From assembly GCA_900617105.1 (NCBI GenBank), contig UYFQ01000364.1, positions 1 through 46,324 on the forward strand: 46,324 nt of DNA, written 5' to 3'. The position numbers were made by a program, and so were the translations under genes. Within the stretch, counting starts at the first letter, position 1; each line of letters begins with the position of its first letter. Shown piece by piece: positions 11,738-24,044 of the stretch. This DNA is from Hydrurus foetidus (taxonomy: Eukaryota). A model generated the notes under the pieces. It worked only from the letters and a program-made list of their open reading frames with translations. It was not told where the DNA came from and did not search any database.

Positions 11738-14700
11738 ATGAGTAAAAGTGGTCACCCTGTCCCAGAAGCTGGTGCGCTTAAGGTGCCATCCCTTCAAGAA
11801 TCGTTCCTCAAGTTCCGTGATTTAAGGAAGAAAGAGAGACAGATACAGAAGCTGGCAAGAAACGGCGAGTACAACTGTAAGGGACAGCGCACGGAGGACT
11901 ATAAATTAGCTCTGAGAGGGAAATTTGTCGACGCAGCAAAGAAGTATATTGGGGTCCCTTACGCGGAAAGATTCAAAGTTGATGATGACCCCGTCGCGCC
12001 ACTTTACCTTGACTGTTGCGCTTTGGTGCGGCGAGCTGTCATGGACTTGCAAGATGACTTCGGGATCGTTCTCGGCAAATGGAATCAAGCTTATCAAATG
12101 GACACTCTTCCCATTGTGCTTCAACAAAGTGAACTTCGGCAAGGCGACTTGATCTTCTACGAGGGTCACTATAATTCAAAACGATCAAAAGTACAGAAGC
12201 ATAACACAGTGCACGTGGAAATTTTTCTTGGAGGAGAAACTGGTGAGGCAACAATTGCGTCTCGTTTTCATAAGGGCCTAGTGGGAATATTTCCGTCGTT
12301 CAAATTTAGCAGTACGTCATGGACCTTGGTGCAACATCACTTCCGCAGCCTCGATACATGGCTTGATGGAGAATGCAAGTCCCACTGTCTGGAACATTCC
12401 TGGCATTCGGACATTTTAGGGATAGAGATAGCGGCTGGGAAGAGGTCCATTTTTAATGATGATTCAGGCGACGAATCAGCTGGAGGAGATAGTGATGGTG
12501 ACTGTGACAAAATCGTTGCGAGTGGCTCTAGATCTGCAAGAGATAATTTGTGCCTAGAATCCGGCAACACAAACTCTTCAGAGTCGACCGATGATGGTGT
12601 TCCTGTAATCCGTGGCATTTCCGTTGAGAAGTATAAGAAAATAATGGACGGAGACTTTCAGGCGCTTAGTTTGACAGACAGGATGGGTAACGCCAGCCGT
12701 TCAACTCCGCCTCTAGCCTCATCCGTACGGGGATCTAGTGAATCCAAGACATCTAATCAGTGCCCTAGATTGGTCACAGGGCTTGTTCCAACGCGAAGTC
12801 ATTCGGGTCCCAGAACACTCAGTTGCGCGACAGCAGCGATAGGCAGGAGGGGCCGGGCTGCGAGGGACGAGATGAGTCTCACTGTGACTTCTGCTGCACC
12901 GATGCGGAAGCAGGCAAGTCTCACTGAGATAGACAGACATGCTGTTTTGAAAAGCGAGTGCAAGGCTGCCACTAAATTCCAATGGAAAGAGAAGCTGTCC
13001 AGTCCTATGACCTACTATGTTGGTAAGAGTAACGGGTGGCGCCTCGTGAAGGATTCCTTGGACAAAAGGGGTTGGTTGCAGCTTCCGTTTGAGTATTCCT
13101 TCTCAACGAAATATCATCTCAAGTGGGTGGAGAGGCGGTCACAAATTGATTTCAAGGGGCATATTCCTGGACAACTGGTCAACCACATACCGAATAACGA
13201 CTGTATAAGCACAAAAACAGGTCTCTTAAAAACACTACGAGAAAAATACTGTAGAGTTCCATCCGGTTCCTCACTGAGGAAGTCAACACCTTGGTTGCCT
13301 GAAAGCTACCAGTTAGATTCGCCTGCTGACATATTTGCTGTTTTTGAAATAGAGAAGAACTGTGCGATGGAGTGTGAAAGTGACCTTACATCGTCGCATA
13401 ACAGCAGTGTCAGTGGCGCGTGTACATCCCAAAGCGTAGCCGGTAGTGACGACTCCAACAGAGATGCACCGTTATCACGACTGCACCACAGCGGAAGTGC
13501 GGGACTTCTCTGGATCTACAAACCGTCCAGCAGCAATAGAGGGCGAGGCATAAAGGTTCTGAGGGGCATGGAGGCGTTACAAACTATTTGCTATGGGGTG
13601 CAAACTGGAGATCCCGTCACAGCCATTCCCCCCTCCCCTGGAATCCTGCAGAGATACATCGAGAACCCGTTACTCGTTGGCACCGCTGCTGTGAAGTTTG
13701 ATGTGCGATGCTACATGTTGATCGCCTGCAACGAGCCGTACACGGTGTACTATCACCCCGGATACTGCCGCCTCTCCCTCAAGAGCTACTCCGCTTCCTC
13801 AGAATCCCTTGACGACCCTACTGTGCATTTGACCAACGCATCGATACAGAAGAAAGACGCTCTCTACGAGCAGAACAAAGGAATGCAGGTACTGCACTGA
13901 CACATACTAACCGCTCTGAGACCTGCATATCCTTCCAGGATATCCTAAATGAGAACATCCACCACGGCTCATGTCACACACATTCCACCCATCTTGTGCT
14001 TACCCATGAAACAATTTGTTTCTTGCAGATTAGAAGCATAGCGGATGTGGCTGATGAGGTGCAGGCGGGTGGTGACTCGGAATCCGCACACTACCTCCGA
14101 GCCCAACTAGACGAAGACATCATGCAGTGCATGGTGGACGTCCTCAAGGTATAGTAGATGACATGGCTGGACTGCTTTTCAGCTATATCTAGCGCGTCTA
14201 TTTGATTTCTCTGCGGTACAGTGACTCGTCATCCTCTGTGAGCTTCTCGATCGTCCCATGTTCACTGTGCAGTTTTGATGAGGCCATATGACTGATACCT
14301 ACGCGTCTGATAGTGCTTCTGAGAAGTGCTCGTACCTCAACCGATGCAACAAAAATGTTTGCTGAGTCCCTTAAAGTTCGCACGTTCTGACCATTGAACT
14401 TGTTCCCCTTGATTTCCAGGCAGCGATGCCTAAGCTCGTTAGGAGGGGCGGATTCTTTGACCTGCTGGGGCTGGACTTCATGGTGTCCACCAGCAAGGAC
14501 AGAGACGGCAAGCTGCTCCTGCTGGAGGTCAACACGAATCCAGCGCTCTCACTAGGTGGGTAACAATCTCTCCTCTATCCATGAAGCGATTTGCAGTAGG
14601 CTGTGTAATGTGGACTGTGTTAGTTGGCCACTTGGCTCTTACCTGCCTGGTGCTGATTGACTACATTATCTTCACAGATAACGCGGTGTTAGCAGATCTC

Positions 14701-14877
14701 CTCCCTGCAGTCGTGGATGGAGCTATCGATCTGGTGTTGAAGGTCCAACGTCCCAAAGCCAGATCTAGTGCCGCCGATGGGACTGAAGACCCAGATTCCA
14801 ACATGTTGCCCGGGGCCTACCAGCTGATATTTGACGAAAAGGCTGGATTTGAATTCAGAAGAAATCTCAAAAAGTAG
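11738..14877 (+). CDS. NlpC/P60-like cysteine peptidase domain fused to a tubulin-tyrosine-ligase-like (TTLL10-like) domain; exons 11738-13888, 14029-14148, 14420-14555, 14678-14877 (~868 aa)
   Basis: N-terminus AKKYIGVPY...LDCCALV...ELRQGDLIFY...HVEIFLG. C-terminus NHIPNN..ISTKTGL, WIYKPSSSNRGRGI, LQRYIENPLL, KFDVRCY, VHLTNASIQK, FDLLGLDFM, LLEVNTNPAL. All splice joins are GT-AG and in frame. Confidence 0.9.
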
Positions 14878-15632
14878 TCTTCACGATATGTCTCCTCTAG
14901 TACCATATAAGAGTTGAATGTAGTGTAGGATAGGGTAGGATAAGTATCATTTGCATGATATCAACATGGTGATCTGTTTGTACAGACTCTTGTCAACACT
15001 CTCATATCTTATCTTGCGACTAGCAACAGTACCAATGCACATTGTTCTCAAAGGATGAAGCAGCAACGATTGTATTGGCCTCAACAAACTTGCAGCTGTT
15101 TATAGTAGTGCAATAACTGAGAAATTATTTCCGCGTAAATGCAAATAGCTAGGGAACAGCTCAATTATCAGCGCGTTCATTACGTATTATTCTTTTGTCG
15201 GATGCATTTTAATGATCTCTATCGTTGAGTGCAGTTTACACTGCTTCTCTATTACCCTTCAAAAATTACGCTATTTTGTCTCCATTGTGTACTTCCAATT
15301 AGTATGGTTTGATGCCAGTTGAAGACTGACTTGTCTCACTGCATCTGGATGCATCACTTGTCATTGGCTAAGTTTGTACACTGAATCCGATGGAGCTAAT
15401 ACATGGGAGCTATTGCAGAATTTCAACGGAGTCAATTGTGTGGCAAAATCGCAGTATTCACTACATTAAAGCAAAGGAGTGACAACTCCGGATCCGCCTG
15501 CAGAGTTCTGTACTTGTTGTGACCGCAAAAACATCGCAAAATTAGCTAAAAATCAGTATTCGGAAACAAAACATATGGCACGCCAGCAGGGGTGTACACA
15601 GCGTACAGCTCTCTCGTGACAGCTCGAGCTGA

Positions 15633-16133
15633 CATACGAAACATACACCGAAAAAATCCTCAAATCCTCAAATCCTCAAACGTCGACGTTACGTCGCTGT
15701 ACCCAAGATCCACGAAATGAAACCTCAGAATCTGAGGTTTCGTTTTCAAGATTCAACGAAAAAATACTTGACGCCTATTCGTTTGTTGCGTGATTAGACG
15801 GCCTTTCTCGCCTCTTTTTATGACGTGGACGACAGTTTCGAGTTCGACTTTCGACATTGCAGCGACAACAAGGTTGCGTGGATGGGTTTCAGATTGTCTT
15901 ACAGATAGGTAAATTGACGACGTTTACGTATATACTCGAAGGAATATTGGATTTCACCTGGTATAACTTCGTTTCCCGAAGAATCAATTAATTAATTAAT
16001 TAAGTCACTTTTTTATCCCTGTGACCGGTCACTGCGAAATGTCGTCAAATCCTCAAATCCTCGGGGTAGAACTTGGGTGGAATTATTTTGAACGTCGACA
16101 TTTTGAGGATTTTTTCTCTGTATGTTTCGCATG
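15633..16133. mobile_element. Non-autonomous MITE-like element (501 bp)
   Basis: Imperfect ~32-bp TIRs (CATACGAAACATACACCGAAAAAATCCTCAAA vs the reverse complement of TTTGAGGATTTTTTCTCTGTATGTTTCGCATG); TGA on both flanks; internal AAATCCTC repeats; no ORF. Confidence 0.75.
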
Positions 16134-16273
16134 TGACAGGCATCCCAATGTTTGAAATGAAGGAGGTAATTTAAAGACAGCCATCAGAGAGAACGGCGGC
16201 GTCAAGTGTAATCGAGGATCGCAGGAAGCAGCTTTGAAATCGTTCGCGCAATAAATAACAATTTCTACATCAA

Positions 16274-17287
16274 ATGCACAATATCTGGGTTCGGCTGAAT
16301 GCCGTCATTTTCTTCGGTCTGACTGTTCTACTAGCTTTAGCGACTCTTTCAGCGATAAGGTCAGCATGACGTCAACTTAAATCGTCAGAAGGAACAGCCT
16401 TAACTTTTGACGAGTCGATCTCAAGTGGAAACCCCAATTTATGTATATTCAACGCAGCTCATATCTGCACTTCGGGAAACCTGATGTTCAAACATTAAGA
16501 GTGAATACACTTAAGTCATTGTAAGTTGATAATCGATCATCTTGTTGCATTCTTATAACCAACATGCAGATCCTATAATTTGAATTATTTATGAAAATGT
16601 GCTACAGACGCTACCATGGTGGAGTAGATAGAGCTCTTTTGAGCTTCGATTTAGTTGCAGGTATTTTTTAATGTCATAGATGGCTGCTGATTCTAGATTG
16701 AGGTGTCAAACCTCAAACTGGCATAAAAGATTCCTTTGATTATGTTCACTTTACGAAATCTCCGACTAGATCTTTCCCCTGCTTTCCATTGGAACATCAA
16801 GCAATTGTTCGTATTCGTTGTCGCAGAGTACGAGACGGAAGCAAATGTAAGTTATGAAGCCGCGTTGAATAACGAATGAATGAGATGAGCTACTGCTGAC
16901 TCCACACGACAGATTTTGATTTCTTTGCAATTCACAGCCTCTCAACCAGGTGATTATATGGGATAAGATTGTCAAATCAGCTGACGAGGCCGTTTTGAAG
17001 TACACCAACGAATTTGTGAAATATGCTTTGATAGATCAAGGCTCGGGGCTCAGGTAGATTTGCTTTTACTTTCGACGATGTACTTAAACTCCACTGGTGT
17101 TCATGTAGTTAGCACGCTTGGGTTAAGTCGAATCTGACAGCTGGATTTTTCATTTGACGCACTCCGTAGGAACAAGAAAATTACTCTGAAGCTTATGTGG
17201 GACCATATGCCAATAACAGGACGAGTTTACAACGGCGAGGGTGGCAACCGGACCTATACTCTTCCGCCAACGTACAAGACAACGTAG
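16274..17287 (+). CDS. SPCS3: Signal peptidase complex subunit 3 (SPC22/23), six short exons, missed by the ORF track
   Basis: Exons translate to MHNIWVRLNAVIFFGLTVLL..., DRALLSFDLVA|DLSPAFHWNIKQLFVFVVAEYET, NQVIIWDKIV, KYALIDQG, ITLKLMWDHMPITG, which are hallmark SPC22 motifs. Confidence 0.92.
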
Positions 17288-17480
17288 ATAAAATTTCCAC
17301 AGCAATTGCAAGTAATCTAATCATATTACGAGTTGTCAACGAAAGCCTTCGCTTTAAAATTCAGAAAAATTCTATTGGCGATAGAAGCACACTTATTCTG
17401 GAAGTTAAAGAGGTTAAGCCAGTCACATGAGTTCCTACAGAAGTTCAGAAAGGACTTCCCAATCCGAAGGAAATCGTGGT

Positions 17481-17918
17481 CTACGCACATTTACATTGCA
17501 CGATTATGTACTTCCCGAACGATTTTGAGATCGCAGAGTGCGAATCAATGGGAACGGGCAAAACGATGTTGAGCCGGCTATCCCCATCCATAATCACCAG
17601 CAGCGTAGTTTTAGAAACTTGCAGGACCTTTAGGACTTCTTCATCTCGAAGACATAAAATCACGTGCATTGTTCCCAATGATTTGTTGTGAAAAATTTTG
17701 TACTCGCCGGGGTAAATAGACTCAGAAATTAAGTTACTTTCCTGACGACCCGCGTCATCAGTTATGTGATCCGTTACTGACTGGCTTTGTTTCCTATTAT
17801 CAAGGCATGGATTCACACGTGGGGTCGAAGGTATTTCAAATGTGCCGTCGTCGCTGATTTCAATGATGTCACTGGAATCCATTCTAGAACTGACTTTTGC
17901 CAGATTATTTAGACTCAC
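17481..17918 (-). CDS. Hypothetical protein or gene fragment, possible C-terminal CS/HSP20-like (PIH1-like) domain
   Basis: The C-terminal beta-rich stretch LNIVLPVPIDSHSAISKSFGKYIIVQC resembles CS-domain ends; no convincing upstream exon found. Confidence 0.3.
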   Translation of the reverse strand: MSLNNLAKVSSRMDSSDIIEISDDGTFEIPSTPRVNPCLDNRKQSQSVTDHITDDAGRQESNLISESIYPGEYKIFHNKSLGTMHVILCLRDEEVLKVLQVSKTTLLVIMDGDSRLNIVLPVPIDSHSAISKSFGKYIIVQCKCA

Positions 17919-19151
17919 TGCCGCGCCCTCCTCATGTGCTACGGATGCTTAGCTCAATGGCGATTCCAACCAAAAGTTCTGAAGTCGGCTCGATTTCGCT
18001 GTAATTCGCCGCAGGTAGTCACCAATCCCAACACTGGACTGAGTCTGGTTTGGGTCGAGGAGGCAATTCTTACACCTGCTTTCATGTGCTATAGATTGGG
18101 TAAATTGTAAATTGTGTAAATTGATTCATTGAACTACCGGTATATTGTTCAACACTAGCAACGGTAGGCCCGGTAAAATAGGTGTGCCGAGTATACCTTA
18201 GTAGATTGTAGATTGTAGATTGTAAATTGTAAATTGTAAATCCCTCCTATGATGTACAAATCAAACCGTAATTTCACTATCAACAGCGCTCATGATTCGA
18301 CAAACCCTCCATCAATTTTCGAGACATGCATGCCACCTGATCATTCGACAAAATTGCTACTGATTTTGGGTCGGACACTGATTTAAAAACCCGATTGCAA
18401 GCTGTTGACTATTTTAGGCCCATTATAAAGCTTGAATAAGAGCATCACATATTTTCCCGGCAACTTCTTCGAAAATGGAATACATTACGTCCTTCGTTTC
18501 CCAGAAATGACGAGAGTTGACAGAGTTCTTCGATTTTTTAACATGTGAAAGATACAACGGAAAGAACATCAAGACGGGAGCCTTCTCTTAGTAAATAGCA
18601 GCAAAAAATGCTGCAAATAGAAATCTCCAAAAACAAGTTCTTATACCTCAAAAACGCTCTAGAATGATATGTTTGAATAGTGATCGAAGATGCCATTTCG
18701 TCTTCAATCCGAGTCCAATCTCCGATTTTTGTTGGTCAACTCTCGATCAATTCACAAGTGAATTTGCATGCATTCAAATAATTAGTACACTTCTGTTTGT
18801 TGTCAGTGTCTGTGTCATTATGGCCCGGATTAGTTTGTTCAAAAAGATGTTCTCGTGACACATGCTAGTTTGCGAAATCGTACATACTTATTTTACGGCG
18901 CGAAAGAGTAGAACGTGATTGACAGAACTTTTAAAAAATATGAGTGGGAAAAGATGCGAAATGAAAAATAACTGTAATTTTAAAAGGTTGAGTAGCCAGT
19001 TCAGAATGAGTTCTATGCCAGTATTTTGATAGGCGGCAAGACTTCGCCCGAAAAGTCCTGCCATGAGTTTCAGGAATAAGATGGCACCACAGTAATAAGA
19101 AACCATCCAATCCAAACTATGAATTTGAAACTGTCGCTGTGTTCTCTACTG

Positions 19152-19724
19152 TCAGCCTCTCCCACCAGTGATAACTATCTCAGATTCATTTTCAACCCCA
19201 AGCTCAGCGTACGATTTGTCCGCCGATAAAACGTTCCGACCGCACTTAAACTTTAAACCGCTCTTTCCCCAAAGATTCGATATATCGTGCATCAAATAGC
19301 TGGTATTGTGATGTGACTGCACAACCACCCGGACTTTTCTGAAAGGATTCCCATCGGCCTCAATCAATCTTGTGGTGCACACTAATTCCAGAATCACAGA
19401 TTCCTTGCCCAGCTTGTCCTCTTTCGTTGGTTGAAGGCAGCTGTTTATCTTCCGTTTCTTGTTATTCCTGGCATCAAGAATTATGCTGTCTCCTGATACA
19501 GCTCCGAGTTGTTCGAAAGTTGAAAAAAAGGGTAGGTGCAATTCAGTGTTGCGGGAGAAACAGTAGAAATACTCCTGGTCTTCCTTCAATGAGAGAACTT
19601 TCAGAATTGAGTCATGGACCCTTTGAAGGGTCGTATACTGAGCGCAAACTTTGATATCACAGATCGTCTCCTCACTCGGATTCGATCGATCAAGACCCTC
19701 AGCAACAATTATCGCCAAATTCAT
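19152..19724 (-). CDS. Protein with two tandem ubiquitin/SUMO-like domains
   Basis: Two beta-grasp-like ends, STFEQLGAVSGDSIILD and KSYAELGVENESEIVITGG; basic linker KKRK; single 190-aa exon. Confidence 0.65.
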   Translation of the reverse strand: MNLAIIVAEGLDRSNPSEETICDIKVCAQYTTLQRVHDSILKVLSLKEDQEYFYCFSRNTELHLPFFSTFEQLGAVSGDSIILDARNNKKRKINSCLQPTKEDKLGKESVILELVCTTRLIEADGNPFRKVRVVVQSHHNTSYLMHDISNLWGKSGLKFKCGRNVLSADKSYAELGVENESEIVITGGRG

Positions 19725-20597
19725 GCACTTTTCAGTACAGAGTCCTATGAGTGATGTGAAGAATTGTTAAGAGCTGATGGAACGAAGACTTTGGATTGAG
19801 ATGAAAAGGGCAGCGCGTTGTTGCCTGTTAATAACAGAGATACGAAGATGGTGAAAGTCTCGTCATGTTTTGGAGCGGAGAGCGAAGTGTAGCGCAATTC
19901 GAGTAGACTTCACCATTGAGCCGGGTTTCGCCGGATTGGGCAGGGACATGGGACGCTAATCACTCACATAATATATCATTATCTATACAGTATATATATT
20001 GGGGATACTATGTTAGGTAATGGTTATTGGGTATGAGGATATGAGCAATAGTCTGTAATCTTGACCGTATCAAATATCATGTTCATTCGATGATTGTTTT
20101 GATTTCTCTCTGCTTAGCAAGAACAATGTCTGTCTCATAGTTGATGAAATGCTACAGTATTCGAATAGCGCAACGTCACAAATGTTACTTCCAGAAGTTT
20201 ACATCCTGGATTATGCAATAATCAATCTCGAATTCATTCAATATCTTGTTTGGATCAGTTATTTTTACCGATTGCAAAAAATGACATGGCTTGATGATAC
20301 CCATTAAAACTAGATGTCTTTCTTTTTTCGGATTCGTAGGCTTGTTCTTCGACTTAATGTGCGCAATGACATTTTATCATTGATACTTCAATAATTGTGC
20401 CATTTTCTCCTCCTTTTTTTTATAAACGCATTTGCAAGATGCATTTTTGCCCGCCTGTTTCGTCGAGCAACGGTTGATATAATCGTCGAGCAATTTCCAG
20501 TATTTGGTGGAATCTATCGATTGTACATTGACTCATCACTTTTTGTGATCCTGAATCACTCTCATACTGATAGTATCACAATGTCTTCTCGGACGAT

Positions 20598-23500
20598 CCC
20601 AGTGGTGTCAAGAACCGAGTTGAAATCAAAAACCTAGTTGGATTTTCATTTTAAATTTGGAATTCAGGCCATGAAAGTACTTGATTCCATGCACTTTGTC
20701 AGCATCATAACTGCACAGTTCTGCAACAATTCAATTAATCTCCAGATTTCAACTGCAGCATCATGTCTGAATCTGTTCCTGCTGTCTTTCAGCCAATTGC
20801 TTTGCGAAAAAGTATCAAGTACAAAGATTTATCGAACCATACCTTCACTGTAGTAGAGAAAACTTTCATCGGCGCGGAGGCTGCAGGAACGTCAACATTT
20901 CTGCAGTGGGAAGAAGAGAAATTCACAGTCGTGAATAGAATATGCAGGAGGTACCATATACCTGTAACAACTGTTTATCAATGGATGAACAAAGTCAAAA
21001 CGGCGAAGGAAATCACAGGGCAATCAGGTCGCCCATCCGTTATGGATGCAGCGGCTGGTGCGGAATTCGTGGCCATACTGAAGTCGAGAACAGCTGCAAA
21101 AGATGCCGTCCCGCATCTGGAGACGCTTCAGCTCATCAGCAAAGGAGTAGCCGACACGCTGTTGAGACAGGGGAAACGAGGCCCATCAGCAGTATCGTCT
21201 GTGAGTGTCAACACACAGAAGAGCATTCTCGAGCGATACAATGTAGTCAAATTAAAGCCACAAATATTGACAGATGCAAGGTTAAAGGCTTGCCGCTGCC
21301 CGCGAATCTCATACATTTGGGGATGCGTTTGTATGGCATACTCAGCTCACCTACATGCGGAGTGCAAATGGAACGCGGATGCGACAACAATAATAGTGAG
21401 TGAGAAAGGAACAGGGTCGTTAGTGTGCACCATTAAGGACGATGACAATCATGCACCAGTGGCTTCCTCATCTATTCCAGACAATCTCAATCTGTTTATA
21501 AAGTGGTTTGGCCTGAGTAATGCAGGTGGGGAATCCGGCCCACTTGTACTCATCATTGCGGTACCATCTATGGAAGATGTCACTTTCTTTGCTGCTCAAG
21601 TCAAGTGCATGCAGTCAACCACTACTTGCGGAGAGAAAGGGCATCTGTACTTCGCGCAAACAAGAGGTGGAAACTATGCGATGTGGCTGCACTACTTCCT
21701 CACCGTCACTGTGCCAATGATTACTCTCTCAAACGAAACACATGAGCACAAGGTAAGCATTGACTTCGTTGTAACTTCTTTTTTGATCTTACATGTGCAA
21801 CGATAACACCAACATACACCTCATGTATACATCATGCAGAATATAGATGGATCTCCAATGAGAAACTTCTATAGCCAGGATGGAGAGGCTGAAATCCTTA
21901 CCCCTGCGATGGATGCCGCAGTCCAGGCAGCATTTGAGGGTGCAAACACCGACTTTATTAAAGGTCCTCCCTCTGCCACTGGCATCCATCAGTCTTGGGA
22001 CTGCAGCACTAACTTCAGAGACACAAAGAAAGGAATGGAAACCGTCACGAAGAACGGTATTAATACATCAAATCCTACTCTAGCAAGAAATGTCAAAGCG
22101 GCAATTACACAGCTCAGAGCAGAGTTTCCTGTGGTGACTCTATCTAGTGCGAATGAAACAAAAATCATCGCTGCAGTTGAGACTTTATGCTACGTGCAGA
22201 AGAATGGCTATGTGACATCGAGGAAGCACGTGGAGGGATATAAGGTGTGAATGCAGAAACAAGTATCTCAATATGTTGGACAGACTACATCAAATGAATT
22301 GCTAACTCACATCACTTAACAATGCACTCCAGGTTACTGGGCAGCACATTGAAGTGGGAGAATCTGCATTGGCACGCAAAGTCCTAGGCTTTGAGAGCTC
22401 CACTGTTTGTCTTGAGACCATCATCCGCCAATGCTACACCGAGATCCCGGATCCAGAGATGGACCATATGTTCCTTCATGCTCCTGAGGTGATACGAACA
22501 GTGAGGACAAATGGAGTAGTGACAGATAAGGTATTGGATACATTGGAAATATTCAAGCTAGAGGATGGTGAACACATCAACAGAGATGGACTTGTCACAT
22601 GGAGGCAGCACGCTATGGTATTGAGTCATGTCAGTTCAAAAGAAAAATTTGTCGACTACTTACGAATGCGCGCGGAGAAAAATGATCCCGCATTCCAGCT
22701 GAGGAAGAAGCAAGAGGAGCAAGCACTGAAAATCATCGATCGTGCAGCAGCCGTCAAAGCAAAGGAAGATCTGGTATTGATCGAAAAGGCAAATAAAGTT
22801 GCAGAGAGACTCGCTATTAAAGTGAGACGCGACGCTCTGTCCACACAAGAGAGGAAGGCAGAGGATGCAGAGAAGAGAGAGGAGGCAGCGAGGAAAAAGG
22901 CACGAAAGCAAGCGGAAGCAGAAGAACAATTGCGTGTAGCAGTTGGTGTTGTAGAAAGATCGATAATGGAGGGTTAGGATAAGATAATGTATGTTACTTC
23001 ACGTTTTTGTTAGGGTCAACATTTGATACCTTCTTTTTACTTGTCCATGAATACACGGCGCTCATCACCCTAATGCACTGCTACTGATGCTGCTGTTACT
23101 CTGCTGGTACTGATGCCGTCGCTATTTGGTTGCTGTCACTGTGCTGTTGCTGTTGTGATCCGATTACTAGCATTCATCCCGTCTGTACTTTGGTGTTGGC
23201 ATTACTTTTGCTTTGACCCAGACATGTGATCGAAAGAAACTCACGCATTTCCACCTATATGATAATCAATGCTGCCATTAGCAAATGCTGCAATCTATGC
23301 TTTGGCAGTGGTCCAGAATTTTATTCCAGCCATCCGCGAAGTAACAGATAAATTTGCCAGATTTTTACCTTCGACGACCTCAGATCATAGCAGATGCTGC
23401 AGAAAATGGAAGTAATTGACGCCCGTTAGTTGTTGTATCATTGAGTTATCGTTACGTGAGAATACTTCATCATTGGGATTCTTTTGACTCGATAGAAAAT

Positions 23501-23927
23501 CGAGGCGAAATATACCCATTTACTGACATGCAATCGCTGATCGACGATGCAAATCGAGAAGCAATTTGCCGGAAGAGTCTAGATATTCATCTCGTTAGAA
23601 GGCACTAACTCATCGTTACTACAGCATGGAAGGCGTGAGTATCTCAATTTCGGGGATTTCCTGGTGGACACGCGATGCAAATTTGCATGATGTTCGATGC
23701 ACATTTGCTCACCTAAAAATCAGCCAAATTTGCAGCTGCAACGCAGAGTCCCAAATTTGATGAGATCCTCTCTGCCCTTCATCGCCAGCGCAGTTGGCAG
23801 CAGAGTGTGAATTGTAATTTATATGTCCTGAGTGTCATGCAGAGTAGTGAAAGATCACTGTGACAGACTCTCGAAATGAAAATCCAACTAGGTTTTTGAT
23901 TTCAACTCGGTTCTTGACACCACTGGG
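20598..23927 (+). mobile_element. Complete pogo-like (IS630-Tc1-mariner superfamily) DNA transposon, 3330 bp
   Basis: Perfect 54-bp TIRs CCCAGTGGTGTCAAGAACCGAGTTGAAATCAAAAACCTAGTTGGATTTTCATTT at 20598-20651 and 23874-23927 enclosing a DDE_1-type transposase gene. Confidence 0.92.
20763..22977 (+). CDS. DDE_1/pogo-like transposase; exons 20763-21752, 21840-22244, 22333-22977 (~679 aa)
   Basis: N-terminal HTH-like ICRRYHIPVTTVYQW...GRPSV; catalytic-like WNADAT, SNAGGESGP, SQDGE, PPSATGIHQSWD; two phase-0 GT-AG introns; K/E-rich C-terminal tail. Confidence 0.85.
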
Positions 23928-24044
23928 GACGGTTATCGGTTATATTTCAGTTCTCTTCTCTCATCGAGAGTTCAAAACATCAGTCAGATCGATATGCAGT
24001 GCATAGTCTCATGTCAACTTTCCTGACACAGTTATGAGATAAAC

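Noticed and set aside
22978..23873. Possible second gene inside the pogo-like element
   Set aside because: No ORF of 60 aa or more in the track and no convincing exon chain found by eye.
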